Shown piece by piece: positions 9,384 through 18,848 of a stretch of DNA of 55,181 bases. The stretch is from a virus. Under the pieces are notes generated by a model. The model ran no database searches. It had not been told where the DNA came from and worked only from the letters and a program-made list of their open reading frames with translations. Position numbers and translations under genes: made by a program. The stretch lies in the IMG/VR virus record IMGVR_UViG_3300020187_000002; one strand, 5' to 3'. How positions within the stretch are numbered: the first letter of the stretch is position 1; the number at the start of each line of letters is the position of its first letter.

Positions 9384-11794
9384 TGAATAGAGAAGTAATG
9401 GGCAGACAGATGTTTGCCAAAGGGGGCGCAGCTTTCCCAGACCTAAGTGGTGATGGGAACGTTACGCAAAAGGATATTTTGATGGGTCGTGGGGTAATTC
9501 CCATGCAGGACGGCGGTATGGCACCTATGCCAATGCCCGCGGCTCCCGGACCACAGATGATGCCTCCCGGTTTACCCGCAATCGACCCAAATTCCGTTGA
9601 TATTAACGAAGCGGCCCAAGGTGCTATGCAGCAAGGAATTGATCCGGCTGAATTAGAAGGAATGCTTACTCAGTATGCAGGCCAAATGCAGGACTTGGAA
9701 AACGCTGAAGATTACGAAACCGTCATTAACGGTATTCGAGGCGATACAGCACCTATTGAACAGCGTTATCAAGAATTAGCGCAAGTGGTTGGACCTGAAG
9801 ATTCACAACAAACGCCCGAATCAGTTTTGACTCTGCTTCAACCTGTAATGCAGATTGCAGCGGTAGATCAAGGTATTGGAGGATTAGCTGCCGAAGAGAT
9901 GTCAGCCCCAGTAGAAGGGGCCATGGCAGAAGGTATTATGTCTACTGTTAATATGGGCGCTCCAGAAGCTCCTGTACAGGTCCCCGGAGGGCCTGCTCCT
10001 GTAAATTTTAACCAAGGCGGCCCTGTTCAGTATATGGAACCGGGCGGTGTCGCCGCGCCCGAAAACCGCTTTCAATCGTTGTTCGATCAATCACTTTCTA
10101 TGTTTAATCAGATAGATGATCCTGCGCAAAAAGAGGCTGTATTAAACGAACAACGTGAAATGACTAAAGCGCAGATGTTATTTGACGTAGCACAAGGTGC
10201 TTTAGGGTTTGCGGCAGGTGCCGGACGCCCCGGAGCGACGCCCGCGGAACAATTAGCAAGCGCATTTCAACCTGTGTTAGGTAACATAGGCGCACGAGCC
10301 GGTGAGCTAAACAAATTTAAACAATCCCAAGCAGCCGACGATAGGCAACTGCGTCTTGGCGCTTTGCAGATGGCGGGACAACAGTACGCCGCAGAACAAG
10401 GTAGGCCTGAAGCTACAATTAAAGGTGTTCCTTTAAGTGTTTATAATGATATGACCGCAGACGATCAGCGTCTTCTTCTTTTAGGTAGAGAAAACACCAA
10501 ACCAGTCATTTTGGCTAAAGGCGCTATTTTAGTAGACCCCGCTAATCCCGAAAAACCCCTAGCTTCTAATTTAGGAGAAGAGGACGAAACCTTTATTTTA
10601 GGTAGGGGTCAACAACTTATAGGTTCGGACGGTAAAATAATCGCTGAGAACAAAAGCGGTAAAGACGAAAACATTTACTCAATTGGCGGTCAGTTAGTTA
10701 GGTTTGATCCAGAAACACAAAAATCAAAAGTGGTTTTTGCCGAAGACAAACGCCAATTAATCACTGTTGATGGCACGTTGTTGCTTGTAGACCCCACCGC
10801 AGAAGCAGGATCAAAACCTGTAGAGCTTTATTCGGCGGCAGAAAACATGGAGCCCGATTACAGAGTTTTACGCGATAATGCTACAGGCTTGGTCACTTAC
10901 ATTGACATAACAACGAAAGAGGGCCAAGAAGCAATAGCACTGGCCAGTGCAGGTAATATGCAGGCTGGAACACAACGCTACAAAATTGGGACAATGCCTT
11001 CTGATACTACCCCTGTAGCTAAAGCCTACAAAATCGAAGGTCTGGGTGTGAGGTTGTCGTATGACGGTGGACGAACTTACGTCAGGGCCGGAGCATCTGG
11101 ACCTGAAATTGTGACCATGCCTGAAGATGCGCAAGGCCTGAGTGATACGATTGCCGCAGACGTTGCTGCACGTCAACGTATTCAGCTTATGGCGGGCAAT
11201 CAATTAGAAGTCTTGGACAACCAGTTAGGTATTGTTGTAAAAGGCGGTACTAATGAAAACCCGACCTCTATTTCGAAAGAAGACTCTACAATTCTTAGAG
11301 ATGCAATGAAAGCCGCTAGAAACGGCACCGGTCCTTACGCAGCGTTCGACGTGTTCTTGGATAAAACGTTTGGGGGTGCAATACCCGCGGCTCGTGAAGC
11401 CTTCCAAGATACGCAGCAAAACCGACAATTCTTGCGTGGATTAATGATTCTTGGCCGATCCGCTTTGGTTGTTAACCCAAGATTCCCTGTTGCAGAAATG
11501 GAAAAAGTGGCAATGCTTTTCCCAGAACCGGATGCTGTGTTTACTAACCCTGAAACAGAAGCTAATAAACTTGTTGAACTTAAAAACTTAGCTCTAACGC
11601 AAAAACGCAACAACCTCGAACAGCTATCGCAAGGAATACAAGATTCCACGATACGGGCCTCCGTTATGGCAAACAACTTTGAAATTGATCGTTTACTTAA
11701 CATGTTGGTTTCAGTGCCGACCGGAGCTACTGGCGGTGCCGTTAATCCGGACAAAGTGGAAGCTTTGCAGAGCTTAATTAGAGGCAGTAGATAG
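9383..11794 (+). CDS. Large internal/ejection-type virion protein
   Basis: 803 aa with ATGA-type coupling to the upstream gene. The N-terminus has Met/Pro-rich and GG motifs and a dockerin/EF-hand-like loop 'DLSGDGNVTQKD'. Confidence 0.65.
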   Translation: MNREVMGRQMFAKGGAAFPDLSGDGNVTQKDILMGRGVIPMQDGGMAPMPMPAAPGPQMMPPGLPAIDPNSVDINEAAQGAMQQGIDPAELEGMLTQYAGQMQDLENAEDYETVINGIRGDTAPIEQRYQELAQVVGPEDSQQTPESVLTLLQPVMQIAAVDQGIGGLAAEEMSAPVEGAMAEGIMSTVNMGAPEAPVQVPGGPAPVNFNQGGPVQYMEPGGVAAPENRFQSLFDQSLSMFNQIDDPAQKEAVLNEQREMTKAQMLFDVAQGALGFAAGAGRPGATPAEQLASAFQPVLGNIGARAGELNKFKQSQAADDRQLRLGALQMAGQQYAAEQGRPEATIKGVPLSVYNDMTADDQRLLLLGRENTKPVILAKGAILVDPANPEKPLASNLGEEDETFILGRGQQLIGSDGKIIAENKSGKDENIYSIGGQLVRFDPETQKSKVVFAEDKRQLITVDGTLLLVDPTAEAGSKPVELYSAAENMEPDYRVLRDNATGLVTYIDITTKEGQEAIALASAGNMQAGTQRYKIGTMPSDTTPVAKAYKIEGLGVRLSYDGGRTYVRAGASGPEIVTMPEDAQGLSDTIAADVAARQRIQLMAGNQLEVLDNQLGIVVKGGTNENPTSISKEDSTILRDAMKAARNGTGPYAAFDVFLDKTFGGAIPAAREAFQDTQQNRQFLRGLMILGRSALVVNPRFPVAEMEKVAMLFPEPDAVFTNPETEANKLVELKNLALTQKRNNLEQLSQGIQDSTIRASVMANNFEIDRLLNMLVSVPTGATGGAVNPDKVEALQSLIRGSR

Positions 11795-14700
11795 ATGGCT
11801 GAAGAAAATACTCCAACCTATACCGAAATGCCTGTACTGAAACCGGCTACTTTTAGTCGGGATCAAATGCTGCAAATAGTAGATACTTTTAAAGATACCG
11901 ATCAAGGTGCGGCCACTGTTGTAGCGAAAACGCTTGCTGGAGAAGTAGGTCAAGATGCTCCCGGACTTTTTACTTATGAAAGTTTAAGAGACGGGACGGC
12001 ACCTTTTTTTGATTTTAGTGAACAATATAAAGGTGTTGCTCCAAACAACCGTGCGCTAACCGATGAAGAGATAATAAGCATTTTTGCGGTTGATACGGAA
12101 GGTAACCCAATTATGCCCGGCGAATTTCAAAGCGGGTTTATGCGAGAAATCATACCTCAAGGTCTTAGTTTAGCGGGTGGTTTTAAAGGCGGTCAAAAAC
12201 TTATGCAAGTCGCCCCTAAACACCCCTACGTTCAGGCGGGTGCGGGTGTTGTTGGTTTCCTCGGAGGTATGTTTGCTGGTGGTAAAGCCGGAGAAGTAAT
12301 TACCGACGTGACAATGGGAGAAGAGCGCCCACATACGCCGGGTCAAACGGCTGCTTACGAACAGGGTAAAACTGCCGCAGGTGTGGTGGGTTGGCTACCC
12401 TTACCTTTTATGGTTTCACCTAAAATTACTTTTGGCGCTGCCGCATACTTAGACAATCTTGCAAAAGAAGGTATAGAAAAAGGCCCACGGGCCATGCGTT
12501 TTTTACGAGGTTCTGAAAGATTACTTGGTAAAGTAGGCCAAGGTGCAAGAGATAACAAAGCCGGAACGATAGTAGGTGAATCCGCTTTAGGCGCAGGTGC
12601 GGTGTTTGGTGCGGGCGCAGCAGAAACGCAGTACCCGAACGAACCATTACCTAGAATAGGTTACGAATTTTTAGGAAGCGGCGGCGGGATGTTGCTAGGT
12701 GCCCCTCTTACTACACTTGTAGAAAACTTTGATGGTTTAAAGACCGGTTTTCGATCACTGAGCGATCAGTATCGCGCAGGCGGGGCCGGGCAAGTCCTTA
12801 ATCCAGTTAAACAATACCGACAAGGTAGAGCCGTCACACGTATTTTAGAAATTTTAGAAGAAGCAGGGGAAGACCCAAAAGCAATAATCGAGCGACTAGA
12901 AGCCTCTTCTTTAAACGGGGTTTTATTAGACGAAGCGGGAAACCCCATAAAACTTACGGCTGGTGCGAAGTCCGGTAGCCCCGCATTGTTAGCCATTGAA
13001 AAATCTTTAGACCAACTTGGCATGGGTTTGGGTAAAGAAAGAACCGCTGGTGCAAAGTCTGCTATTTCGGCATTACGCACAACAATTTTGGCGTTATCTA
13101 ATTCAGATGAGCAAGCTGCTTTACAAGCAGCCGCAGATATATCTGAAAGTGTCTTCAGAGCTAATTTAGATAACAACCTAAGACAAGCCACCGACCGTGT
13201 AGTTACCGCTTTTGAAAACATTGCTCCGGGTAAAGAGTCGAACATTCAACTATCCGAAAAACTTTACGATGTAGTATCTAATCAAATGGAGTTGGCTAGA
13301 CGACAAGAAAAACAACTATGGAACAATGTTCCAAACGTAGAAATTACAAGTTTTGTTGATGAAGCAGGTGAAGCTACTAATGTTCCAAACTTTATAACGG
13401 TTTGGGAAAACACGTTTGCAACCGCCCCGCAAAGATACAGAGACAAATACATGACCAAACTCAAGTATTTGGGTGGTTTTGTTGATGACAAAAAAGCAGA
13501 TTTAGGACTTCTTACAGATACTGATGGAAACCCAATACCTCCTACGGGCAATTTAACTACAAAAGATTTGACGTATATGCGTTCTTTAGCTTTGGATGAA
13601 GCTTCGGAAGCTATGGCCGCAGGAAACAGGAAAAGTGCTTCAATCGCTTATCAAATGGCTGATGCTCTTTTAAGAGATTTAGGTAACGTACCGCCAGAGC
13701 CGGGGCAACAAAACTTTAGAGCCGCATACGACCAAGCACGTGTTTACTCTAAAGCTCTCAATGATACGTTTACAAGAGCATTTGCCGGTGACGCGCTGGA
13801 AACAACCACGGATCGCGGCCTACGGATCGCGCCTGAATTGTTGGCTAACCGACTCCTACAGGGTGGTAATGACCCTACTTATTTACGGGTCCAACAAATT
13901 AATGACATCGGTACTTTCCAAATGGAAAACGGTATCGAAGGTGCGGAGCAGACGGTTGCTACACTTCGTGGCGTTCAAGAATCAATTTTGCGTAACGCTC
14001 GTGCAGAAGCTTTTAATCCAGAAACAGGAAAAATAAGTTTAGACTCTTTGCAAAAATGGATGGGTAAAAATAAAGATATTTTAGCCACGTTCCCCGCGTT
14101 GCGTGACGATTTATTAGACGCAGAAAAAGCAGCGATTTTATTAAACGACACTTCTCAAGCTGCAAAAATGCGGCAAGCAGAGGAAGCGGCTCAAGTAAGT
14201 TTTTATGACATTATGAATCCGGTAATGGGCGACGGCAGGCGTTTGCACGGAACTGAAAGTCCTACTACAGCTATTACAAAAGCAATAAATTCTAAAGCCC
14301 CTTACCGCAACTTAAATAGAATACTTGATCTTGTTGAGTCAACACCAGACGAAGCTTTACGCGAACAAGCGATGCGAGGGTTGCGTTCTACTGTTATGGA
14401 ATGGGCCGGTACAAAAGCCGGTCTTTCAAGCTCTGGCACGTTTAGTCCCACAGTGCTTTATCAGCAAATGTTTAAACCTTTAAAAGGCTCTAAATCTGAT
14501 TTAAGCCTTATGGATTGGATGGTTGAAAACCAAGTTATGGGTAAACAACAATCTAACTCTCTTCGCGAGTTCTTAACAGAAATGGTTCGGTTTGAAGCAG
14601 CAGAGGTAGATGGGTCTATTGGTGAATTAGTTGACCGTGCGGGTCCAATTTTAGATTTTTACTTGGCTATTTCAGGTTCTGCCATAGGTACAAGAATGCA

Positions 14701-15253
14701 AAAAGTATTTACTGGTGGTTCAGCAGGACCCGGTGCCATTACGGCGGCGAGTAAAGGTGCTGACACCATGCGTAACATTTTTGCAGACATTCCTGCTGCG
14801 CTACAAACAGATGTAATGTCCGAAATTATGCGTAACCCAGAGTTACTAGCAGCCATGATGCGTAAGCCACGAACGGATGCAATTGGCAAAAGACTTAGGG
14901 GTTACATTGGCGACACTTTGAAGAAGGGCGGTTTTAAACCAGTACGGTCTATCTTGCCCGGCACGGGACGTGAAATTCGTGAAGAAGTTGACCAGATGCT
15001 TGCGCCTGATGCTTTTGCTCCGCCTTCAGAACAACAAAACATGCCCTCAAATAACCAACAAGGGGCCCTTAATCCACCTGTTCAAACTCCCACCAAGAAC
15101 AGTGGACCTGCACTTGGTCCGGTTAACCCTCCACCTGCTGCCGTTAAAACGGCGTCACAGGGATCAGGTCCTGTGGACCGGACTAAGTTTGCAGCTTTAT
15201 TCCCAGAAGACCGAGAACTTCTCGGCATAGGTAGCTTAATGGGGCAAGTGTAA
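11795..15253 (+). CDS. Large internal/ejection-type virion protein
   Basis: 1152-aa ORF, contiguous with its neighbours. No catalytic motif recognised by eye. Confidence 0.65.
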   Translation: MAEENTPTYTEMPVLKPATFSRDQMLQIVDTFKDTDQGAATVVAKTLAGEVGQDAPGLFTYESLRDGTAPFFDFSEQYKGVAPNNRALTDEEIISIFAVDTEGNPIMPGEFQSGFMREIIPQGLSLAGGFKGGQKLMQVAPKHPYVQAGAGVVGFLGGMFAGGKAGEVITDVTMGEERPHTPGQTAAYEQGKTAAGVVGWLPLPFMVSPKITFGAAAYLDNLAKEGIEKGPRAMRFLRGSERLLGKVGQGARDNKAGTIVGESALGAGAVFGAGAAETQYPNEPLPRIGYEFLGSGGGMLLGAPLTTLVENFDGLKTGFRSLSDQYRAGGAGQVLNPVKQYRQGRAVTRILEILEEAGEDPKAIIERLEASSLNGVLLDEAGNPIKLTAGAKSGSPALLAIEKSLDQLGMGLGKERTAGAKSAISALRTTILALSNSDEQAALQAAADISESVFRANLDNNLRQATDRVVTAFENIAPGKESNIQLSEKLYDVVSNQMELARRQEKQLWNNVPNVEITSFVDEAGEATNVPNFITVWENTFATAPQRYRDKYMTKLKYLGGFVDDKKADLGLLTDTDGNPIPPTGNLTTKDLTYMRSLALDEASEAMAAGNRKSASIAYQMADALLRDLGNVPPEPGQQNFRAAYDQARVYSKALNDTFTRAFAGDALETTTDRGLRIAPELLANRLLQGGNDPTYLRVQQINDIGTFQMENGIEGAEQTVATLRGVQESILRNARAEAFNPETGKISLDSLQKWMGKNKDILATFPALRDDLLDAEKAAILLNDTSQAAKMRQAEEAAQVSFYDIMNPVMGDGRRLHGTESPTTAITKAINSKAPYRNLNRILDLVESTPDEALREQAMRGLRSTVMEWAGTKAGLSSSGTFSPTVLYQQMFKPLKGSKSDLSLMDWMVENQVMGKQQSNSLREFLTEMVRFEAAEVDGSIGELVDRAGPILDFYLAISGSAIGTRMQKVFTGGSAGPGAITAASKGADTMRNIFADIPAALQTDVMSEIMRNPELLAAMMRKPRTDAIGKRLRGYIGDTLKKGGFKPVRSILPGTGREIREEVDQMLAPDAFAPPSEQQNMPSNNQQGALNPPVQTPTKNSGPALGPVNPPPAAVKTASQGSGPVDRTKFAALFPEDRELLGIGSLMGQV

Positions 15254-16194
15254 TGAGTATTTTTGCAGAATATGGGGGCAGATCATCATATTACACGGCC
15301 AACGAACTGGATCGTTTGCAGAACCCTGAAAAATACAATTACACTCAAGAACAGTACGACGCTTTTTCGGCACAAGCACAAAGAAAGTTTGATGCCCGGC
15401 AAGCTGCGGATGACGCCTCGCAAGATGCTATTCCTTTTAGCTACGTGGGCCGCGGCTCTGGATCAACAAACCCGGCTTTTAGTTTTTCCGGATACAGTGG
15501 TCACACCAGCGGTGGTACTGCCGGAAATGTAAACTTAGGTGGTCTTGCTGGTATATTTGGCGGTGGATCAACCACAGAAACAACCGGTGGCAGCGGAGGA
15601 AACCAAGACGGTCCTGAACGAGGACCGGGTGGCAATCCACGTGAGCCGGAAGGCGAAACACAACTTAAAGCAGATGGCGGTGTAATCTACCCCGTACAAC
15701 ACATGGAGGCAGGCGGTATGATCGCATCCCCTTACGCAAACCCTATGAAAACACAGATGGGTCCTATTAAACCAACGCTGGTTCACGATGAAAATGTGGG
15801 TTTTTCAGTTCCGTCTAGGGCAGAACTACAAGGCTCAAGCCCCATGGGTGGTGTGGGTGGTATGTTCCAAAACATGCAACAACAGTTTGGTCAGCAGATG
15901 ACTCAGATGCAGTCTTCACCGTTGAAGGTCTACAGTAATTACTTAAACGAGACTTACACAAGCCCACAAGCCGCAGAAATGCAGGCAAAAGTGACAGAGT
16001 TTGTGGACCTTGTAGATCAGGCAGAACGTGCGCACTTCGGTGCCGAAGAAAGCTTTGGTTATGGAAAACCACCCGTCCCAACACAAATGCCTATGATGCA
16101 GAATCATCGCGCAGTAATGCCTCAACCAATGATGCAGACCATGGGCCCCGGATCAATGGGTGGAGGCATAGCCTCTTTACCGCCCGCTTTTTAA
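15253..16194 (+). CDS. Gly/Met/Gln-rich virion protein
   Basis: 313 aa, overlapping the stop of the upstream gene. Carries 'ADGGVIYP', 'EAGGMIASP' and a C-terminal 'MGGGIASLPPAF'. Confidence 0.6.
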   Translation: MSIFAEYGGRSSYYTANELDRLQNPEKYNYTQEQYDAFSAQAQRKFDARQAADDASQDAIPFSYVGRGSGSTNPAFSFSGYSGHTSGGTAGNVNLGGLAGIFGGGSTTETTGGSGGNQDGPERGPGGNPREPEGETQLKADGGVIYPVQHMEAGGMIASPYANPMKTQMGPIKPTLVHDENVGFSVPSRAELQGSSPMGGVGGMFQNMQQQFGQQMTQMQSSPLKVYSNYLNETYTSPQAAEMQAKVTEFVDLVDQAERAHFGAEESFGYGKPPVPTQMPMMQNHRAVMPQPMMQTMGPGSMGGGIASLPPAF

Positions 16195-16200
16195 AATGTT

Positions 16201-16563
16201 ATGGCAGAGTTATCCGAAAACACGAATCTAACAATCCCACTCAAAAATATTTTGGGCATGATTGCTTTTACGGCTATTGCCACCATGGCGTACTTTTCTA
16301 TCGAATCACGGCTCACGACACTAGAACACAGTGTTGAAATGACCGACATTGAAATAAAATCAAATTCAGAATTTAGAATTTTATGGCCACGCGGGCAGCT
16401 TGGTTCGCTACCAGCGGACGCTCGGCAGGACATGCTGCTCGAAGGATTAGAGCGAGACGTAGTAGAACTACGGGAAATGCAAGACAGGGTTCACGAGTTA
16501 ACTATCCGTATCGGTACATTAGAAGCACTTTACGACACAAGCCAGTCTGAAAACACGAACTAA
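16201..16563 (+). CDS. Membrane-anchored coiled-coil protein
   Basis: 120 aa with an N-terminal TM helix 'ILGMIAFTAIATMAYF' followed by a coiled coil. The topology is spanin/holin-like, but there is no family match. Confidence 0.5.
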   Translation: MAELSENTNLTIPLKNILGMIAFTAIATMAYFSIESRLTTLEHSVEMTDIEIKSNSEFRILWPRGQLGSLPADARQDMLLEGLERDVVELREMQDRVHELTIRIGTLEALYDTSQSENTN

Positions 16564-16565
16564 AC

Positions 16566-16715
16566 ATGGAAATAATGGACGCCATAGGGGTAGTTTGGCC
16601 CATAGCGGCGGCATTCGTGACTCTGGTAATTGTGCTTGCAAAAATGCACAGCGACATTGAACAGATAAAAGAGAAGATCAGAGTGTTGTTTGATCTATGG
16701 AACAAAAAGGACTAG
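16566..16715 (+). CDS. Small single-TM protein (49 aa, below the track cutoff)
   Basis: ATG at 16566, read by eye: 'MEIMDAIGVVWPIAAAFVTLVIVLAKMHSD...'. Its stop overlaps the SNF2 stop by 4 nt (CTAG). Confidence 0.4.
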   Translation: MEIMDAIGVVWPIAAAFVTLVIVLAKMHSDIEQIKEKIRVLFDLWNKKD

Positions 16716-18160
16716 CGAAGCCAGTCTTGAACGTCCTCACCCAACACCTGCCCTGCTATATCAATCTTACTACGCAAAGCCCCTAATATCTTTTCGTCAA
16801 TAGTGCCCGGTGACACTAGGTCAATATAAGTGACCTTATTAGACTGGCCGATACGGTGCGCACGGTCTTCAGACTGTAGTCTAATCTCCAAGTCATAACT
16901 GTTGCTGTAGTAAATGACAGTATTAGCGGCTGTTAGTGTAATACCGTATCCACCTGTTTTAGGTTGACCCACAAAGAACCGCAAAGGGTTGTCCGGGTCT
17001 TGAAAGTCCTCAACGATCTGCTGGCGCTCATCTTGTGGAGTAGCACCATAATAGGTTGCGACCGATTCGGGCCCGAACCGGTCGCGCAGGGCATCAGCTA
17101 CCTGTTGGATGTCGTGTGTATACGTCGCCCAAATGATTGCCTTACCCTGAAACTCTTCAGTGATGTCGAGTAATTCGTTCAAACGGTTACTTTTGACCGT
17201 CTGTATCTCACCATCATCTGGCTGCAAATGTCCGCAGCAAATCTGTTGTAATCTCATAATCTGTGTCAGCACACTCGCTGTCGTGGCTAACTCCCCGCTT
17301 TCTAGTTTCGCGAGCGCAAGCTTCTTCATCTGCATGTACAGCTTGACTTGTTCGGGGGTGAGGGAAACGTCCCTACGGATATAAACTTTGGCAGGTAGAT
17401 CAAGGCAATCGACCTTTAGAACCCGGCTACTAAACCGGTCTAACTTTTCAGATAGTTCGTCTAAACGTCGGTAGCCCACAATCTGTTGGAAGCTGCGATG
17501 ACCCATTTGGCGTTTCTGCACATTGGCGTACCGCGCTTGGAAAGCATAGTAGCTATTAAAGCCTAATGCCTTTTCGGCAAGGAAGTTACATTGGCTAAAC
17601 AGGTCCATAGGGCTCTTAGTTATCGGAGAGCCGGTCAATACCCGGCGGTATTTAGCCCGTTTCTGTAAAGCTATGATGTTCTTCGTTCTCGCAGCCTTCC
17701 TGTTTTTAATTGTAGTTGATTCGTCAACAATGACAATGTTATCCGGGTTTTGATACAAGAACGCTACGGCTGCTTCTGTCCCACGTGGTGATGAAAAAGC
17801 CTCTGTATTCATAACAAACACTTTTAATTTAGGATCACGGTCCACGATAAAATCTTTTAAATCAGTCTCAAAACGCTGGGTCTTTGCGGGAATCCATCGC
17901 ATAATGTGACGGGGGATGCGCTTTGGCAAATGTATTGGTACTTCACCTTTTACCCAGTTGTCATAGACCCCCTTTGGCGCAACGATAAGAGCGGCTTTAA
18001 TTTTGCCCTTTTCATACAACGCGCCCATCGTGTCGATTGCTACTTTGGATTTACCTGTCCCCATTTCCATGAGTAACGCATAGAACTCCGCGTCCCACGA
18101 CTCTTCAAAAGCTGTTCGCTGGTGTTCATATGGTTGGGTCTCATATTCGTAACTTTGCAT
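16712..18160 (-). CDS. SNF2-family (SF2) helicase/ATPase
   Basis: 482 aa with 'MGTGKS' (motif I), 'VDEST' (motif II), 'LTGSP' (motif III) and 'QSEDRAHRIGQ' (motif VI). It is the only convincing minus-strand gene. Confidence 0.9.
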   Translation of the reverse strand: MQSYEYETQPYEHQRTAFEESWDAEFYALLMEMGTGKSKVAIDTMGALYEKGKIKAALIVAPKGVYDNWVKGEVPIHLPKRIPRHIMRWIPAKTQRFETDLKDFIVDRDPKLKVFVMNTEAFSSPRGTEAAVAFLYQNPDNIVIVDESTTIKNRKAARTKNIIALQKRAKYRRVLTGSPITKSPMDLFSQCNFLAEKALGFNSYYAFQARYANVQKRQMGHRSFQQIVGYRRLDELSEKLDRFSSRVLKVDCLDLPAKVYIRRDVSLTPEQVKLYMQMKKLALAKLESGELATTASVLTQIMRLQQICCGHLQPDDGEIQTVKSNRLNELLDITEEFQGKAIIWATYTHDIQQVADALRDRFGPESVATYYGATPQDERQQIVEDFQDPDNPLRFFVGQPKTGGYGITLTAANTVIYYSNSYDLEIRLQSEDRAHRIGQSNKVTYIDLVSPGTIDEKILGALRSKIDIAGQVLGEDVQDWLR

Positions 18161-18185
18161 TCTTGCCCCTATTTTTTAAAAACGC

Positions 18186-18226
18186 TTGACTTTCATATTG
18201 TATAAGATAATATCTGTAATTGTCAA
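18186..18226. promoter_or_regulatory. Interleaved divergent sigma70-like promoters
   Basis: On +: TTGACT (18186-91), N16, TAATAT (18208-13). On -: TTGACA (18226-21), N18, TACAAT (18202-18197). Confidence 0.45.
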
Positions 18227-18266
18227 GGCCCAAAGAGGTGCCTTTAACCACGAAAGGAGAAACACG

Positions 18267-18848
18267 ATGAGTGACCTAGAAAGATTGATGGAGCAGGACT
18301 TTGAACAAACGAATGCTACATCTGTTGAGAAAATTGACCAGCAAGGGCTAACTTCGGTTGCCGCGTTGGCCAGAACAATCCGTGATAAAGAAGCAAGAAT
18401 TTCTGATCTTGAGCAAACGCTTAAAGAACAGAAGAAGGAGCTTTTGAAATTAACGGATGAGGAGATGCCGTCGATGCTTGCAGAGATCGGTATGTCTTCC
18501 TTTGCACTAGATGACGGATCAACCGTCGAGGTTAAGCAAACCTATGGTGCGTCCATTCTCGTTGATAAACGTCCTGAAGCCTACGACTGGCTACGCGATC
18601 ATGGGCACGATGACATTATTAAAAATACTGTCTTGTGTCAGTTTGGCCGTGGAGAGGACGATCAAGCGGGTGCCTTTGCTGCTTTTGCGCAAAAGCAAGG
18701 GTTTATTCCAGAACAAAAAACCGAGGTGCATCCTCAAACGTTACGTGCGTTTGTCAAAGAACGTTGCGAAGCAGGAGAGGATTTTCCGATGGAGTTGTTC
18801 GGAGCATGGGTAGGTCAACGCGCAGTAATTAAACGAGGTAAGAAATAA
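18267..18848 (+). CDS. Coiled-coil protein, first gene of the replication/recombination module
   Basis: I prefer the ATG at 18267 (GGAG 7 nt upstream) over the track start at 18186, which lies in the promoter. 193 aa. Weak resemblance to Gp157-type proteins only. Confidence 0.55.
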   Translation: MSDLERLMEQDFEQTNATSVEKIDQQGLTSVAALARTIRDKEARISDLEQTLKEQKKELLKLTDEEMPSMLAEIGMSSFALDDGSTVEVKQTYGASILVDKRPEAYDWLRDHGHDDIIKNTVLCQFGRGEDDQAGAFAAFAQKQGFIPEQKTEVHPQTLRAFVKERCEAGEDFPMELFGAWVGQRAVIKRGKK

